From positions 32,001-96,000 of the IMG/VR virus record IMGVR_UViG_3300027747_002579: a stretch of 64,000 nt of DNA; one strand, given 5' to 3'. This DNA is from a virus. Below, piece after piece: positions 29,947-37,628 of this stretch (position 1 is its first letter; each line of letters begins with the position of its first letter). The notes under the pieces were generated by a model, which saw only the letters and a program-made list of their open reading frames with translations, had not been told where the DNA came from and did not search any database. Both the position numbers and the translations under genes were made by a program.

Positions 29947-30081
29947 ATGATCAGTAAACAAATAGGCTGGAGTCAAGAAGCAAATCTTCTCTACGAAATT
30001 AGCAACAAGCTGGAAAGATTAATACAAGTGAGTGGAAGTCCTTCAACAACTACATCCACCACCACTACGACAGCACCTTAA
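29947..30081 (+). CDS. 44-aa fibre-N-terminus/Thr-tail microprotein (not in ORF track)
   Basis: MISKQIGWSQEANLLYEISNKLERLIQVSGSPSTTTSTTTTTAP; clearly similar to N-terminus of the 26116 fibre; A-rich leader. Confidence 0.8.
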   Translation: MISKQIGWSQEANLLYEISNKLERLIQVSGSPSTTTSTTTTTAP

Positions 30082-30104
30082 CAAACATAAACCAACAACT
30101 ACAT

Positions 30105-30695
30105 ATGAAAGAGTTAGTATTTATTTGCGAAACATGGAAGCGTTGTCCAGGGTATGAATCTTCTTATGAAGTTAGTACACTTGGGAATGTTAGAAGTATT
30201 GACAGAATATCTGGAAATAGACGTGGAGTGATTAAGAGTAAATTACTAAAATCTTATATTAATAAAAAAGGATATTTAGAAGTAAGATTGTATAAAAATT
30301 CTAAGCACATTTTTAAAATAATACATAGATTGATTGCTAAAGCTTTTTTACCAAATGAAAACAAACCACAAGTCAATCATATAGATGGTAATAAGTTAAA
30401 CAATAGAGTAGACAATCTTCAATGGGTTGATAATTCAGAAAATCAACTACATGCTTATAAATTAGGATTACAACCTAGTAGAGCTGGTGAGAACAATGTT
30501 AAAGCAAAAATTAAAGATAAAGATGTAACTTTATTAAAAGAGTTATATAACTCTGGTAAAACTATTGCTGAAGTTTCTAATATAACAAAAATAAGTGTAA
30601 GTTCAATTAGAGCAATTATTTATGGAAATACTTGGAAATCTAATACAACAGCAATTATAAAAAGAGATGATAGATTTAAACCAACAACAGTATGA
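30105..30695 (+). CDS. Free-standing NUMOD4-HNH homing endonuclease
   Basis: ETWK..PGYE..YEVSTLGNVRS (NUMOD4); IHRLIA...VNHIDGNKLNNRVDNLQW (HNH); C-terminal HTH. Confidence 0.9.
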   Translation: MKELVFICETWKRCPGYESSYEVSTLGNVRSIDRISGNRRGVIKSKLLKSYINKKGYLEVRLYKNSKHIFKIIHRLIAKAFLPNENKPQVNHIDGNKLNNRVDNLQWVDNSENQLHAYKLGLQPSRAGENNVKAKIKDKDVTLLKELYNSGKTIAEVSNITKISVSSIRAIIYGNTWKSNTTAIIKRDDRFKPTTV

Positions 30696-31702
30696 TTAAA
30701 GAATTAAAGTTTTTGTGCTCGCAGCCAGATGATTCGTATTATAAATGGCAAACACATCTATGGCTAGAGAGTCTTAAGAAAATAGGAAAGAGTGAACAAG
30801 CTATTGTATTAGTTTACACTCCCGCAGAAAGGCAATACAATACAGAATGGGACGAATTAAAAGAACTCTATCCAGAAGCAACATTTGGTTTCTATAGAGA
30901 TGAAGATGGTGTATCAGACTTTATTCCAATTTATATTCCAGTGTTGCGTCCTTACACATTAATGAGATGGTTCAAAGATCATCCAGAGATGAAAGACAAA
31001 GCCATTTTCTATTGTGATTGTGACATTGTGTTTACAGAGAATTTCAACATCGATGCTTACATAAATGATGATGTGTGTTATCTGTCTGACACAAACTCTT
31101 ACATAAACGCTTCATATTTTGATAGCAAGAAAAATGATGTTCTACAGGACAAACAAGAACTATACAACACAAGAGACGTATTAAACGAACTCACATCTCT
31201 TATAGGAATAAATAGACAAATAGCTGAAGCAAATAATTTACATTCAGGAGGAGCACAATATCTTCTGAAGAACATAGATTATAAGTTTTGGCAGAAAGTG
31301 TTTAGTGATTGTATTCTTATTAGAAGATTTTTGTTAAACATTAACGGACAATTCTTTGAGAGTGAGAACAAAGGATTTCAAAGTTGGTGTGCTGACATGT
31401 GGGCTGTCTTGTGGAACCTTTGGTATAAAGGATACACAACACAAGTGGTGAAAGAAATGGACTTTGCATGGGCAACTGACCATATATCAAGAATGGATTC
31501 TATAGGACTGTTTCATAATGCAGGAATATCCAATACAGATATGGGACATTACAAAGCATTCTATAAAGGAAAATATATACATGGTGTCTCTCCATTCAGT
31601 GATTTAGATGAGGTGTATAACAACGAAGAGAGTAAGAAGTATTGTACACATTATTATGTCAGTCAGTTGGTAGAATTGAAAAACAAATACAATTTAAAAT
31701 AA
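30692..31702 (+). CDS. GT-A glycosyltransferase, peptide O-glycosyltransferase-like
   Basis: FYCDCDIVF DxD motif, GGAQYLL, WCADMWA, FHNAG. Confidence 0.65.
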   Translation: MIKELKFLCSQPDDSYYKWQTHLWLESLKKIGKSEQAIVLVYTPAERQYNTEWDELKELYPEATFGFYRDEDGVSDFIPIYIPVLRPYTLMRWFKDHPEMKDKAIFYCDCDIVFTENFNIDAYINDDVCYLSDTNSYINASYFDSKKNDVLQDKQELYNTRDVLNELTSLIGINRQIAEANNLHSGGAQYLLKNIDYKFWQKVFSDCILIRRFLLNINGQFFESENKGFQSWCADMWAVLWNLWYKGYTTQVVKEMDFAWATDHISRMDSIGLFHNAGISNTDMGHYKAFYKGKYIHGVSPFSDLDEVYNNEESKKYCTHYYVSQLVELKNKYNLK

Positions 31703-31707
31703 ATAAA

Positions 31708-32109
31708 ATGCAATTAGACAACAAATTAAAAGCGTTCGTTAGATATGATGGATCAGAAAGAATCGTTCCTGGTTCTCTCATTCTTAGAAAAAACAAGCCT
31801 AAAGTGGGCAATTGGAAGCAAGTGTCTTCAAACTATTGTTGTGATGGCATAGGTATTAATTACACTCCTGGTAGCTTAACTATTGCAAATGTTGATTTGA
31901 CATTAACGTGCTCTAGTGGAAAATCTATTGTTGTAAATACAAATACAGCATCCACTAACATGGTGACATTGTTAGCAGCATTAAACACTTCTGCAGGATA
32001 TTTAGGTGTATTTACATCTCCTGATGGAGCAACTGTAAATTTTGTAGTGAACACATCTGTAGCAAGTACATTGTGTTATGGAGCCACTTTATCGTTCTCT
32101 ATAGCGTAA
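31708..32109 (+). CDS. Putative virion accessory protein
   Basis: ATG 31708; KAFVRYDG...GSLILRKNKPKVGNW N-terminus, CC, Thr/Ser/Val-rich beta domain. Confidence 0.5.
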   Translation: MQLDNKLKAFVRYDGSERIVPGSLILRKNKPKVGNWKQVSSNYCCDGIGINYTPGSLTIANVDLTLTCSSGKSIVVNTNTASTNMVTLLAALNTSAGYLGVFTSPDGATVNFVVNTSVASTLCYGATLSFSIA

Positions 32110-32119
32110 AAAATAAAAA

Positions 32120-32539
32120 ATGAAATCAATATTTCCAAAAGAAATGCTAGGAGAGGGAATGAACAATTCCCTTTCTCTAGATAAGATAAAAGCAAAGCTT
32201 AATTACTTTGAGCTTCAAGTGCATGAATTGCATTGGCAGACAAAAGGATTTGCAGAACACGACGCATTAGGAAAACTCTATGATGGTGTTTTTGATTTCA
32301 AAGATGAAATTGTAGAAAAGATAATGGGCTATTCAGGAATAAGAACAAAAGCTATGCCTGTAGAACCCATCAAAGACTATTCTATAGGAATATCTGAACA
32401 AGTGGTAAATGATTTAATATCATTTGCAAAACAACTAGAACTCTTTGGCTCTGCAAATAACATGCCTGACATAGAAAATGTAGCACAATCTCTTTCTGGA
32501 CTTGCTGCTCAAACCAAATACAGATTAACTCTATCTTAA
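32120..32539 (+). CDS. Dps/ferritin-like protein (DUF5856-like)
   Basis: HELHWQT...EHDALGKLYD...DEIVE ferritin-like four-helix motif. Confidence 0.75.
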   Translation: MKSIFPKEMLGEGMNNSLSLDKIKAKLNYFELQVHELHWQTKGFAEHDALGKLYDGVFDFKDEIVEKIMGYSGIRTKAMPVEPIKDYSIGISEQVVNDLISFAKQLELFGSANNMPDIENVAQSLSGLAAQTKYRLTLS

Positions 32540-32826
32540 TGCAAATAAGCACTAAATACTTCCCAAAGATATTACAAGATAATGAAATGATTTATTTTGC
32601 CTATCTTGAGGCAGTGATAGATTCTGTAGACGAATTGTCTACATTAGAAATTATTAAGAACACAGATTCTTACAACTTTAGACTAGCTCCTTCTCTTCCA
32701 AAATACAATAACATGCTAATAGAGGAATTATTAAAATTCCACAATCTATTAGGAATAGAGCTGATATTCTCTAAGAGTATAAAAACATCAAGTACAATTT
32801 TTTTCAAAATCAACCAACAATTATGA
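32539..32826 (+). CDS. Hypothetical protein
   Basis: 95 aa, translationally coupled on both sides. Confidence 0.6.
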   Translation: MQISTKYFPKILQDNEMIYFAYLEAVIDSVDELSTLEIIKNTDSYNFRLAPSLPKYNNMLIEELLKFHNLLGIELIFSKSIKTSSTIFFKINQQL

Positions 32827-33077
32827 AACTAGTGAAAGACGACAACACAACAAGTAGTGTTAAGCAAGTTTATGATGCTAACAAGAATTACAAGTGGAAA
32901 CCAGAGGATGTATTTGAAATCACAGGCAATCAGTTTGGTTCAATACTAAATGCCACCAGAGCGTTCCTAAACACTCCAGAAGCAAAGAATGTATTAGCCA
33001 TCCTCGAAGCCAACAAACAAATCGATGCCATTCTACAGAAGAACGTAGAAAATGGCATTATAGAGGAATCTCTATAG
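32823..33077 (+). CDS. Hypothetical protein
   Basis: 84 aa, ATGA overlap. Confidence 0.6.
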   Translation: MKLVKDDNTTSSVKQVYDANKNYKWKPEDVFEITGNQFGSILNATRAFLNTPEAKNVLAILEANKQIDAILQKNVENGIIEESL

Positions 33078-33118
33078 AAAGTCCATATCCTATGAAAACA
33101 ATTTTAAATTAAATTATA

Positions 33119-33280
33119 ATGAAAAAAGCAATAAAGCAATTTCAAGCAGGTGGTGTTGCAAGCAAATCTCCTAAAGCTCCATTAGTAGATCCAAAAGGAG
33201 CATTCACAAAAGTGCAAAAGAGAACATTAGCTAATAAGAAAATGTCTACAAAAATGTCTAAAATGTCTAAAAAGAAATAA
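33119..33280 (+). CDS. Lys-rich microprotein 1 (53 aa)
   Basis: MKKAIKQFQAGGVASK...KMSKMSKKK, hand-translated. Confidence 0.7.
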   Translation: MKKAIKQFQAGGVASKSPKAPLVDPKGAFTKVQKRTLANKKMSTKMSKMSKKK

Positions 33281-33281
33281 C

Positions 33282-33446
33282 ATGGCAACAGACAAAAAGT
33301 GGATACAGAAGGCAGTCAAAACTATGCGTACAGATAAACCTTGTACAGGATCTAAGTTTGGATCTAAAACTTGTCCTCCAGGATCTAAGCGTTATAATTT
33401 AGCTAAAACATTCAAAGCCATGGGAAGAGCAAGAAAAGGAAAATAA
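33282..33446 (+). CDS. Lys-rich microprotein 2 (54 aa)
   Basis: MATDKKWIQKAVK...CTGSKFGSKTCPPGSKRYNLAKTFKAMGRARKGK, hand-translated. Confidence 0.75.
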   Translation: MATDKKWIQKAVKTMRTDKPCTGSKFGSKTCPPGSKRYNLAKTFKAMGRARKGK

Positions 33447-33574
33447 TGAAAAAGAAAATAACAGACGTTTGGAGCGATGTTAAAAAATCTATGGTTTCTC
33501 CTAAAGAAGAAAACTTTATGAAAAAACAAAAGAGAAAACTCTCCAAAATAAAACCCATAAAGAAACAAAAATGA
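33446..33574 (+). CDS. Lys-rich microprotein 3 (42 aa)
   Basis: MKKKITDVWSDVKK...KIKPIKKQK; TAATG and ATGA coupling. Confidence 0.65.
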   Translation: MKKKITDVWSDVKKSMVSPKEENFMKKQKRKLSKIKPIKKQK

Positions 33575-33720
33575 AAAAGATGATTAAGAGGGCAGATGGT
33601 TCTACATCTCAACATGGTCTTTGGGATTCTATTCGTGAAAACAAAGGCAGTGGAAAGAAGCCCACAAAAGCTATGTTAACACAAGAGAAGAAAATAAAAG
33701 CAAAAGCTAAAAAGAAATAA
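33571..33720 (+). CDS. Lys-rich microprotein 4 (49 aa)
   Basis: MKKMIKRADGSTSQHGLWDSIRENKGSGKKPTKAMLTQEKKIKAKAKKK. Confidence 0.75.
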   Translation: MKKMIKRADGSTSQHGLWDSIRENKGSGKKPTKAMLTQEKKIKAKAKKK

Positions 33721-33722
33721 TA

Positions 33723-34034
33723 ATGGCTTACATTAAGAAGTCTGGTCCTTGGAATCCACAGAAAGCTGAAGCCTATGTAGGTAAAGGTGTTCTAAAGAAC
33801 GGAGGAAATGTAAAAGTGAGTGCAGGTGGTGAGAAGCATGTTGTATATAAAAAAACAAGTGCTACAGGAATAGGCAAGGGTAAGAAAGGTGATATTATGG
33901 TAAACCATCCTACAAAAGACAAAGGAAAATGGGACACTATAGACCTCACACAAAAATCAAAAGCTAAAACTATTAAACAAGGAGTGGCTTCTGTTAAGAA
34001 GTGGCACAAAGAACATCCTTACAAAAAGAAATAA
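33723..34034 (+). CDS. Lys-rich protein 5 (103 aa)
   Basis: ORF track; basic; LKNGG motif. Confidence 0.75.
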   Translation: MAYIKKSGPWNPQKAEAYVGKGVLKNGGNVKVSAGGEKHVVYKKTSATGIGKGKKGDIMVNHPTKDKGKWDTIDLTQKSKAKTIKQGVASVKKWHKEHPYKKK

Positions 34035-34035
34035 C

Positions 34036-34302
34036 ATGGCAACTGTTAAAAAAACACACAAAACACCTGCATGGACCCGCTCTGAAGGTAAATCAAAATC
34101 AGGAGGATTGAATGCTAAAGGAAGAGCTTCTTACAACAAAGCTACAGGAGGACATTTAAAACCCCCACAACCAGAGGGTGGTCCAAGAAAGAAATCATTT
34201 TGTAGTAGAATGTCAGGAATGAAGAAGAAGCTTACAAGTTCTAAAACTGCTAATGATCCTAACAGCAGAATTAACAAAAGTCTTCGTAAATGGAAGTGCT
34301 AA
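34036..34302 (+). CDS. Lys/Arg-rich protein 6 (88 aa, DUF6321-like)
   Basis: AWTRSEGK..SGGLNAKGRASY...RKKSFCSRM...SRINKSLRKWKC. Confidence 0.75.
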   Translation: MATVKKTHKTPAWTRSEGKSKSGGLNAKGRASYNKATGGHLKPPQPEGGPRKKSFCSRMSGMKKKLTSSKTANDPNSRINKSLRKWKC

Positions 34303-34321
34303 AAAACAAATAATAATAATT

Positions 34322-34741
34322 ATGAAAACTGTTAAGAAATCAGCAGCTAAGAAAATGGTTAAGAAAGCTGCTCCTAAAATGATGGCAAAGCCTGCCCCTA
34401 AAATGCCTATGCAAGCTCCTCAACAAGAAGCTCCTATGATGAAAATAGGTGGTAAGATGCCTAAGGCTAATTTTGGTCAAAATTTATTAAAAGGACCAAT
34501 AGGAATGGGTATTGACATGATTAAGAACAATAACAAACCTGCTACACCTCCTGCTAATTCAATGATGAAGAAGGGTGGAACAATGAAGAAAGCTAAAGCA
34601 GGTGGATCATTTCCTGATCTTAACAAAGATGGTAAAATCACCAAAGCTGATGTATTAGTTGGACGTGGTGTTATCAAGTCTCCTAAGAAGACAATGAAGA
34701 CTGGTGGCACAATGAAGAAATGTAAAATGGGTTGTTACTAA
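34322..34741 (+). CDS. Lys/Met-rich low-complexity protein 7 with EF-hand-like motif
   Basis: ATG 34322; MKKGG-type repeats; FPDLNKDGKITKADVL. Confidence 0.75.
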   Translation: MKTVKKSAAKKMVKKAAPKMMAKPAPKMPMQAPQQEAPMMKIGGKMPKANFGQNLLKGPIGMGIDMIKNNNKPATPPANSMMKKGGTMKKAKAGGSFPDLNKDGKITKADVLVGRGVIKSPKKTMKTGGTMKKCKMGCY

Positions 34742-34893
34742 TGACATACGGAAAAACAAACAAGAAGAACAAAGCTCCAAAGGTGGCTATTCCTAAGAAG
34801 AATAAACCATTCTCAGAGACAAAAACCACAGACGATAAATCATCACGAACCTCTCCCATGCAATTGTTAAAAAAGAAAAGACTTTCTAAATAA
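34741..34893 (+). CDS. Lys-rich microprotein 8 (50 aa)
   Basis: MTYGKTNKKNKAPKVAIPKK...LLKKKRLSK; TAATG coupling; ends just before the terminator. Confidence 0.65.
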   Translation: MTYGKTNKKNKAPKVAIPKKNKPFSETKTTDDKSSRTSPMQLLKKKRLSK

Positions 34894-34895
34894 AG

Positions 34896-34925
34896 AATCC
34901 CCTCAATTACGAGGGGATTTTTGTT
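34896..34925. terminator. Intrinsic terminator at convergence of the two arms (likely bidirectional)
   Basis: AATCCCCTC-aattac-GAGGGGATT 9-bp stem followed by T-rich tract. Confidence 0.8.
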
Positions 34926-35793
34926 ATAATAAGTGTAGATAATCAGAGTGATTTCCCCAATAGTCTTGATTTAAATATAAATCATGAGTGTTATATATAC
35001 TGTAGTGTGATGTGAAATGTTTGCCATGATTTATGTGCACGGCTGGATTTATACATTTCCATTTTCTTCTCTTTATGTACTGAGGCTCAATCATTCCACT
35101 GTTTGTAATAAGAGCATTTGCAAGAATTTCTTCACAATGTGTAATTGCATCAGCAAACTTCATAGTCATTTGATGAAATGGCTCATGGTCTGCTGTCTTG
35201 TCTTGCCATCCCATTTTATTAATTCCCATGTAGTTCATGTTAGTGATCACTTCACCATTATTAAATTCTGGATAGTCAAAATATCCTTCTGGATAGAGAA
35301 CATCATGTTCTAAAAAAGAAACATATTCATAATTATGAATTTCTCTAGCAGCATATAAGAGCTGCATAATTTGCAACAATTGATTTAAATGAGAAGAAGT
35401 TTTTGTCCAAGCTATATATTCTACAAAAGGATTTTCTGGCTCGTGTTGCCACATACAAGTTAATATGTCAGCTTTTCCTTCTGCTGCTTTTTTAATTGAT
35501 GCCAATGAAGCTCTTATTGCAGGATATATTTCAGGAGTGTTGTTGTTAGAATAAAATATTCCAAGTTTGTTTTTTGTAGAAAGTGGAAAAACAAGAAGAT
35601 CTCCCTCTCTTATAGACAAGTTGTGAATTTTTTCATCATGTTCTATTTCTACATTAAGATATTTTACAGTTCCTGTAGAAGGATCTCCTATTATGTTATT
35701 ATTAGAATGAGTGATTAATATATTATTCTTCATTCTTTTTTGCATTACATCTGTACAGTCTACATCACCATACGTAGCTTTTATTATTTTCAT
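34924..35793 (-). CDS. SUEL/Gal-lectin-like domain fused to GT-A glycosyltransferase-like domain
   Basis: KIIKATYG.VDCT...GDPSTGTVKYL.V (lectin-like); YVSFLEHDVLYP (DxD-like). Confidence 0.6.
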   Translation of the reverse strand: MKIIKATYGDVDCTDVMQKRMKNNILITHSNNNIIGDPSTGTVKYLNVEIEHDEKIHNLSIREGDLLVFPLSTKNKLGIFYSNNNTPEIYPAIRASLASIKKAAEGKADILTCMWQHEPENPFVEYIAWTKTSSHLNQLLQIMQLLYAAREIHNYEYVSFLEHDVLYPEGYFDYPEFNNGEVITNMNYMGINKMGWQDKTADHEPFHQMTMKFADAITHCEEILANALITNSGMIEPQYIKRRKWKCINPAVHINHGKHFTSHYSIYNTHDLYLNQDYWGNHSDYLHLL

Positions 35794-36092
35794 TATTCAA
35801 TATTTAAAGCTTTAAAAAATCTTTCTCCATCTGTAGAAGAAAGATAGATTTCTGATTGAAACATGTTACGTTGTCTTTTCAATCCTCTCACTCTTCCTGT
35901 TTTAACATCTACATCTTCTACGTCTTGTGATCTTTCGTGCAAATCATCTAATAACACTAACACTCTATCATCTTCAAGAGAAATAGTTCTAATCACTTTG
36001 TTAACATTAAAACTGTCTGTGAAGGTTTTAAATTCAGGAGCTTCTGGTGTTCCTCCTACGACTTCTTGTCGTGTGTAAAAAAATTGGTTCAT
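35793..36092 (-). CDS. Hypothetical protein
   Basis: 99 aa, coupled to downstream gene. Confidence 0.6.
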   Translation of the reverse strand: MNQFFYTRQEVVGGTPEAPEFKTFTDSFNVNKVIRTISLEDDRVLVLLDDLHERSQDVEDVDVKTGRVRGLKRQRNMFQSEIYLSSTDGERFFKALNIE

Positions 36093-36103
36093 ATTTGTTT
36101 GAT

Positions 36104-36754
36104 TTATTTTCCATAAATGTGATCTAATATTTTTCCTACAAGATCAGAACGATGATTTTCTTTTAATTTAATCCATTTAATTTCAGGAATATGTTTAGAT
36201 AATTCTATAACAAAATCTAAACCAGTATAACCATCTTTAATGTCTCGTTGAGAAAGATCTCCATTAATAATGATTTTTCCAACTTTACCCAATCTAGTTA
36301 AAAGTGCTTCCATTCTGTGTCTGGTTACATTCTGAGCTTCTTCTAAAATTAATACATCATCAATAGTTTTCCCTCTAATAAAATTAATTGGTCCTCCTTT
36401 TATTTTTCCTGCTACTATATAGTCTTGGATTTTTTGTTTATCCATACATTTTTCAAAATTTTCCAAAGCAGCTTCTAAATAAGGATTCATTTTATCATCA
36501 ATGTTTCCAGGAAGAAAACCCATACTATCTCCCACCTCAACAAGAGTTCGTGTAATTAATATTCTATCACACATTTTTTTATTAAGAAAATCTAAAGCTG
36601 CTTGAATTCCTACTAATGATTTACCACAGCCAGCTCTTCCTGTAATAACAACAATTTGATTGTCAATGATTAAATTTTTAGCTTCTCTCTGTTCTTCGTT
36701 TAATGTAACTTTGTACTTAATTTCATTCTTTCGTTCTCTGTTAGGTTCCCTCAT
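36104..36754 (-). CDS. phoH: PhoH-like ATPase
   Basis: GRAGCGKS, MGFLPGNIDDKM, FIRGKT, EEAQN, GDLSQRD, HRS. Confidence 0.92.
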   Translation of the reverse strand: MREPNRERKNEIKYKVTLNEEQREAKNLIIDNQIVVITGRAGCGKSLVGIQAALDFLNKKMCDRILITRTLVEVGDSMGFLPGNIDDKMNPYLEAALENFEKCMDKQKIQDYIVAGKIKGGPINFIRGKTIDDVLILEEAQNVTRHRMEALLTRLGKVGKIIINGDLSQRDIKDGYTGLDFVIELSKHIPEIKWIKLKENHRSDLVGKILDHIYGK

Positions 36755-37133
36755 ATTTCTGTTTTACAATATTTATTCTGTTTTTAACATAATCACTAGC
36801 GAATCCTCTAGTTTTTTCATCATGACATTTCAAACACACTAACATTATGTTTTCTTCTTCCAATCTTAACTCTGGATGAGACTTCTTCTCTAGAAGATGA
36901 TCAAACATGTAAGAGAGTGGCTCTTTTCCAAGCCACTCTCCACAGTTTTCACATTCATGCTTTTTCCTCTTGTTCCATATTCCTAAAAAGAAATCTCTCA
37001 TTTGTGTAGCATTCTCATTATCAGAAGATTTAGTAGGAGAAGTTGCTCTACGAGAAATAGGTTTTCTTGGTTTATGGTGGAAGCAATATTCTCCGTCACA
37101 GTTTTTTCCACATGTCTTACACTTCGATTTCAT
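36741..37133 (-). CDS. Zn-binding HNH nuclease
   Basis: CENCG...FDHLLEK...ENIMLVCLKCH. Confidence 0.7.
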   Translation of the reverse strand: MKSKCKTCGKNCDGEYCFHHKPRKPISRRATSPTKSSDNENATQMRDFFLGIWNKRKKHECENCGEWLGKEPLSYMFDHLLEKKSHPELRLEEENIMLVCLKCHDEKTRGFASDYVKNRINIVKQKYEGT

Positions 37134-37193
37134 TTCTGTATTGCTTCTGCTGTAAAAATAGTAATAAATATTGATTTGGCATAAAATATTTGT

Positions 37194-37628
37194 TTAAGAC
37201 AATCCTGTACTGCCAAATCCACCTGTTCCTCTCTCTGTCACATTATCAAAATCTTCAACGATTTCAAAATCTACATCATTCACTCTCTCAAAATAAATCT
37301 GTGCTATTCTGTCTCCTACACCATAAGGAAGAGGTTCAAGTAGATTGTTAGTGAGAGATGTAAGTTTTATCATCACTTCTCCTCTGTAATCAGAATCAAT
37401 TTGTCCTGGAGAATTCACCATAGTCCAATTATGTTTTGTTAAGTTGCTTCTAGGAACAATTATTCCTTTCCATCCTTTAGGGATTTGCATAGCCCAACCA
37501 ATACCATAGGTGACGGTTCTTCTATTTACGTCTACAGAGGTTGCATAAACATCGTAGCACGCTGCTTCTTCAGATGCTTTAATTGGAATAACAGCATTAG
37601 GATGCGTCTTCTTGAATTTCACTATCAT
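37194..37628 (-). CDS. dut: Trimeric dUTPase
   Basis: AACYD, PRS, GQIDSDYRGE, GDRIAQ, RGTGGFGSTG. Confidence 0.95.
   Translation of the reverse strand: MIVKFKKTHPNAVIPIKASEEAACYDVYATSVDVNRRTVTYGIGWAMQIPKGWKGIIVPRSNLTKHNWTMVNSPGQIDSDYRGEVMIKLTSLTNNLLEPLPYGVGDRIAQIYFERVNDVDFEIVEDFDNVTERGTGGFGSTGLS

Noticed and set aside
30105-30695. HNH as part of a group I intron in the GT gene
   Set aside because: No non-coding room for a ribozyme core; the GT has its own intact start overlapping the HNH stop
37117-37182. 21-codon minus-strand ORF between dut and the HNH gene
   Set aside because: Too short, no supporting features
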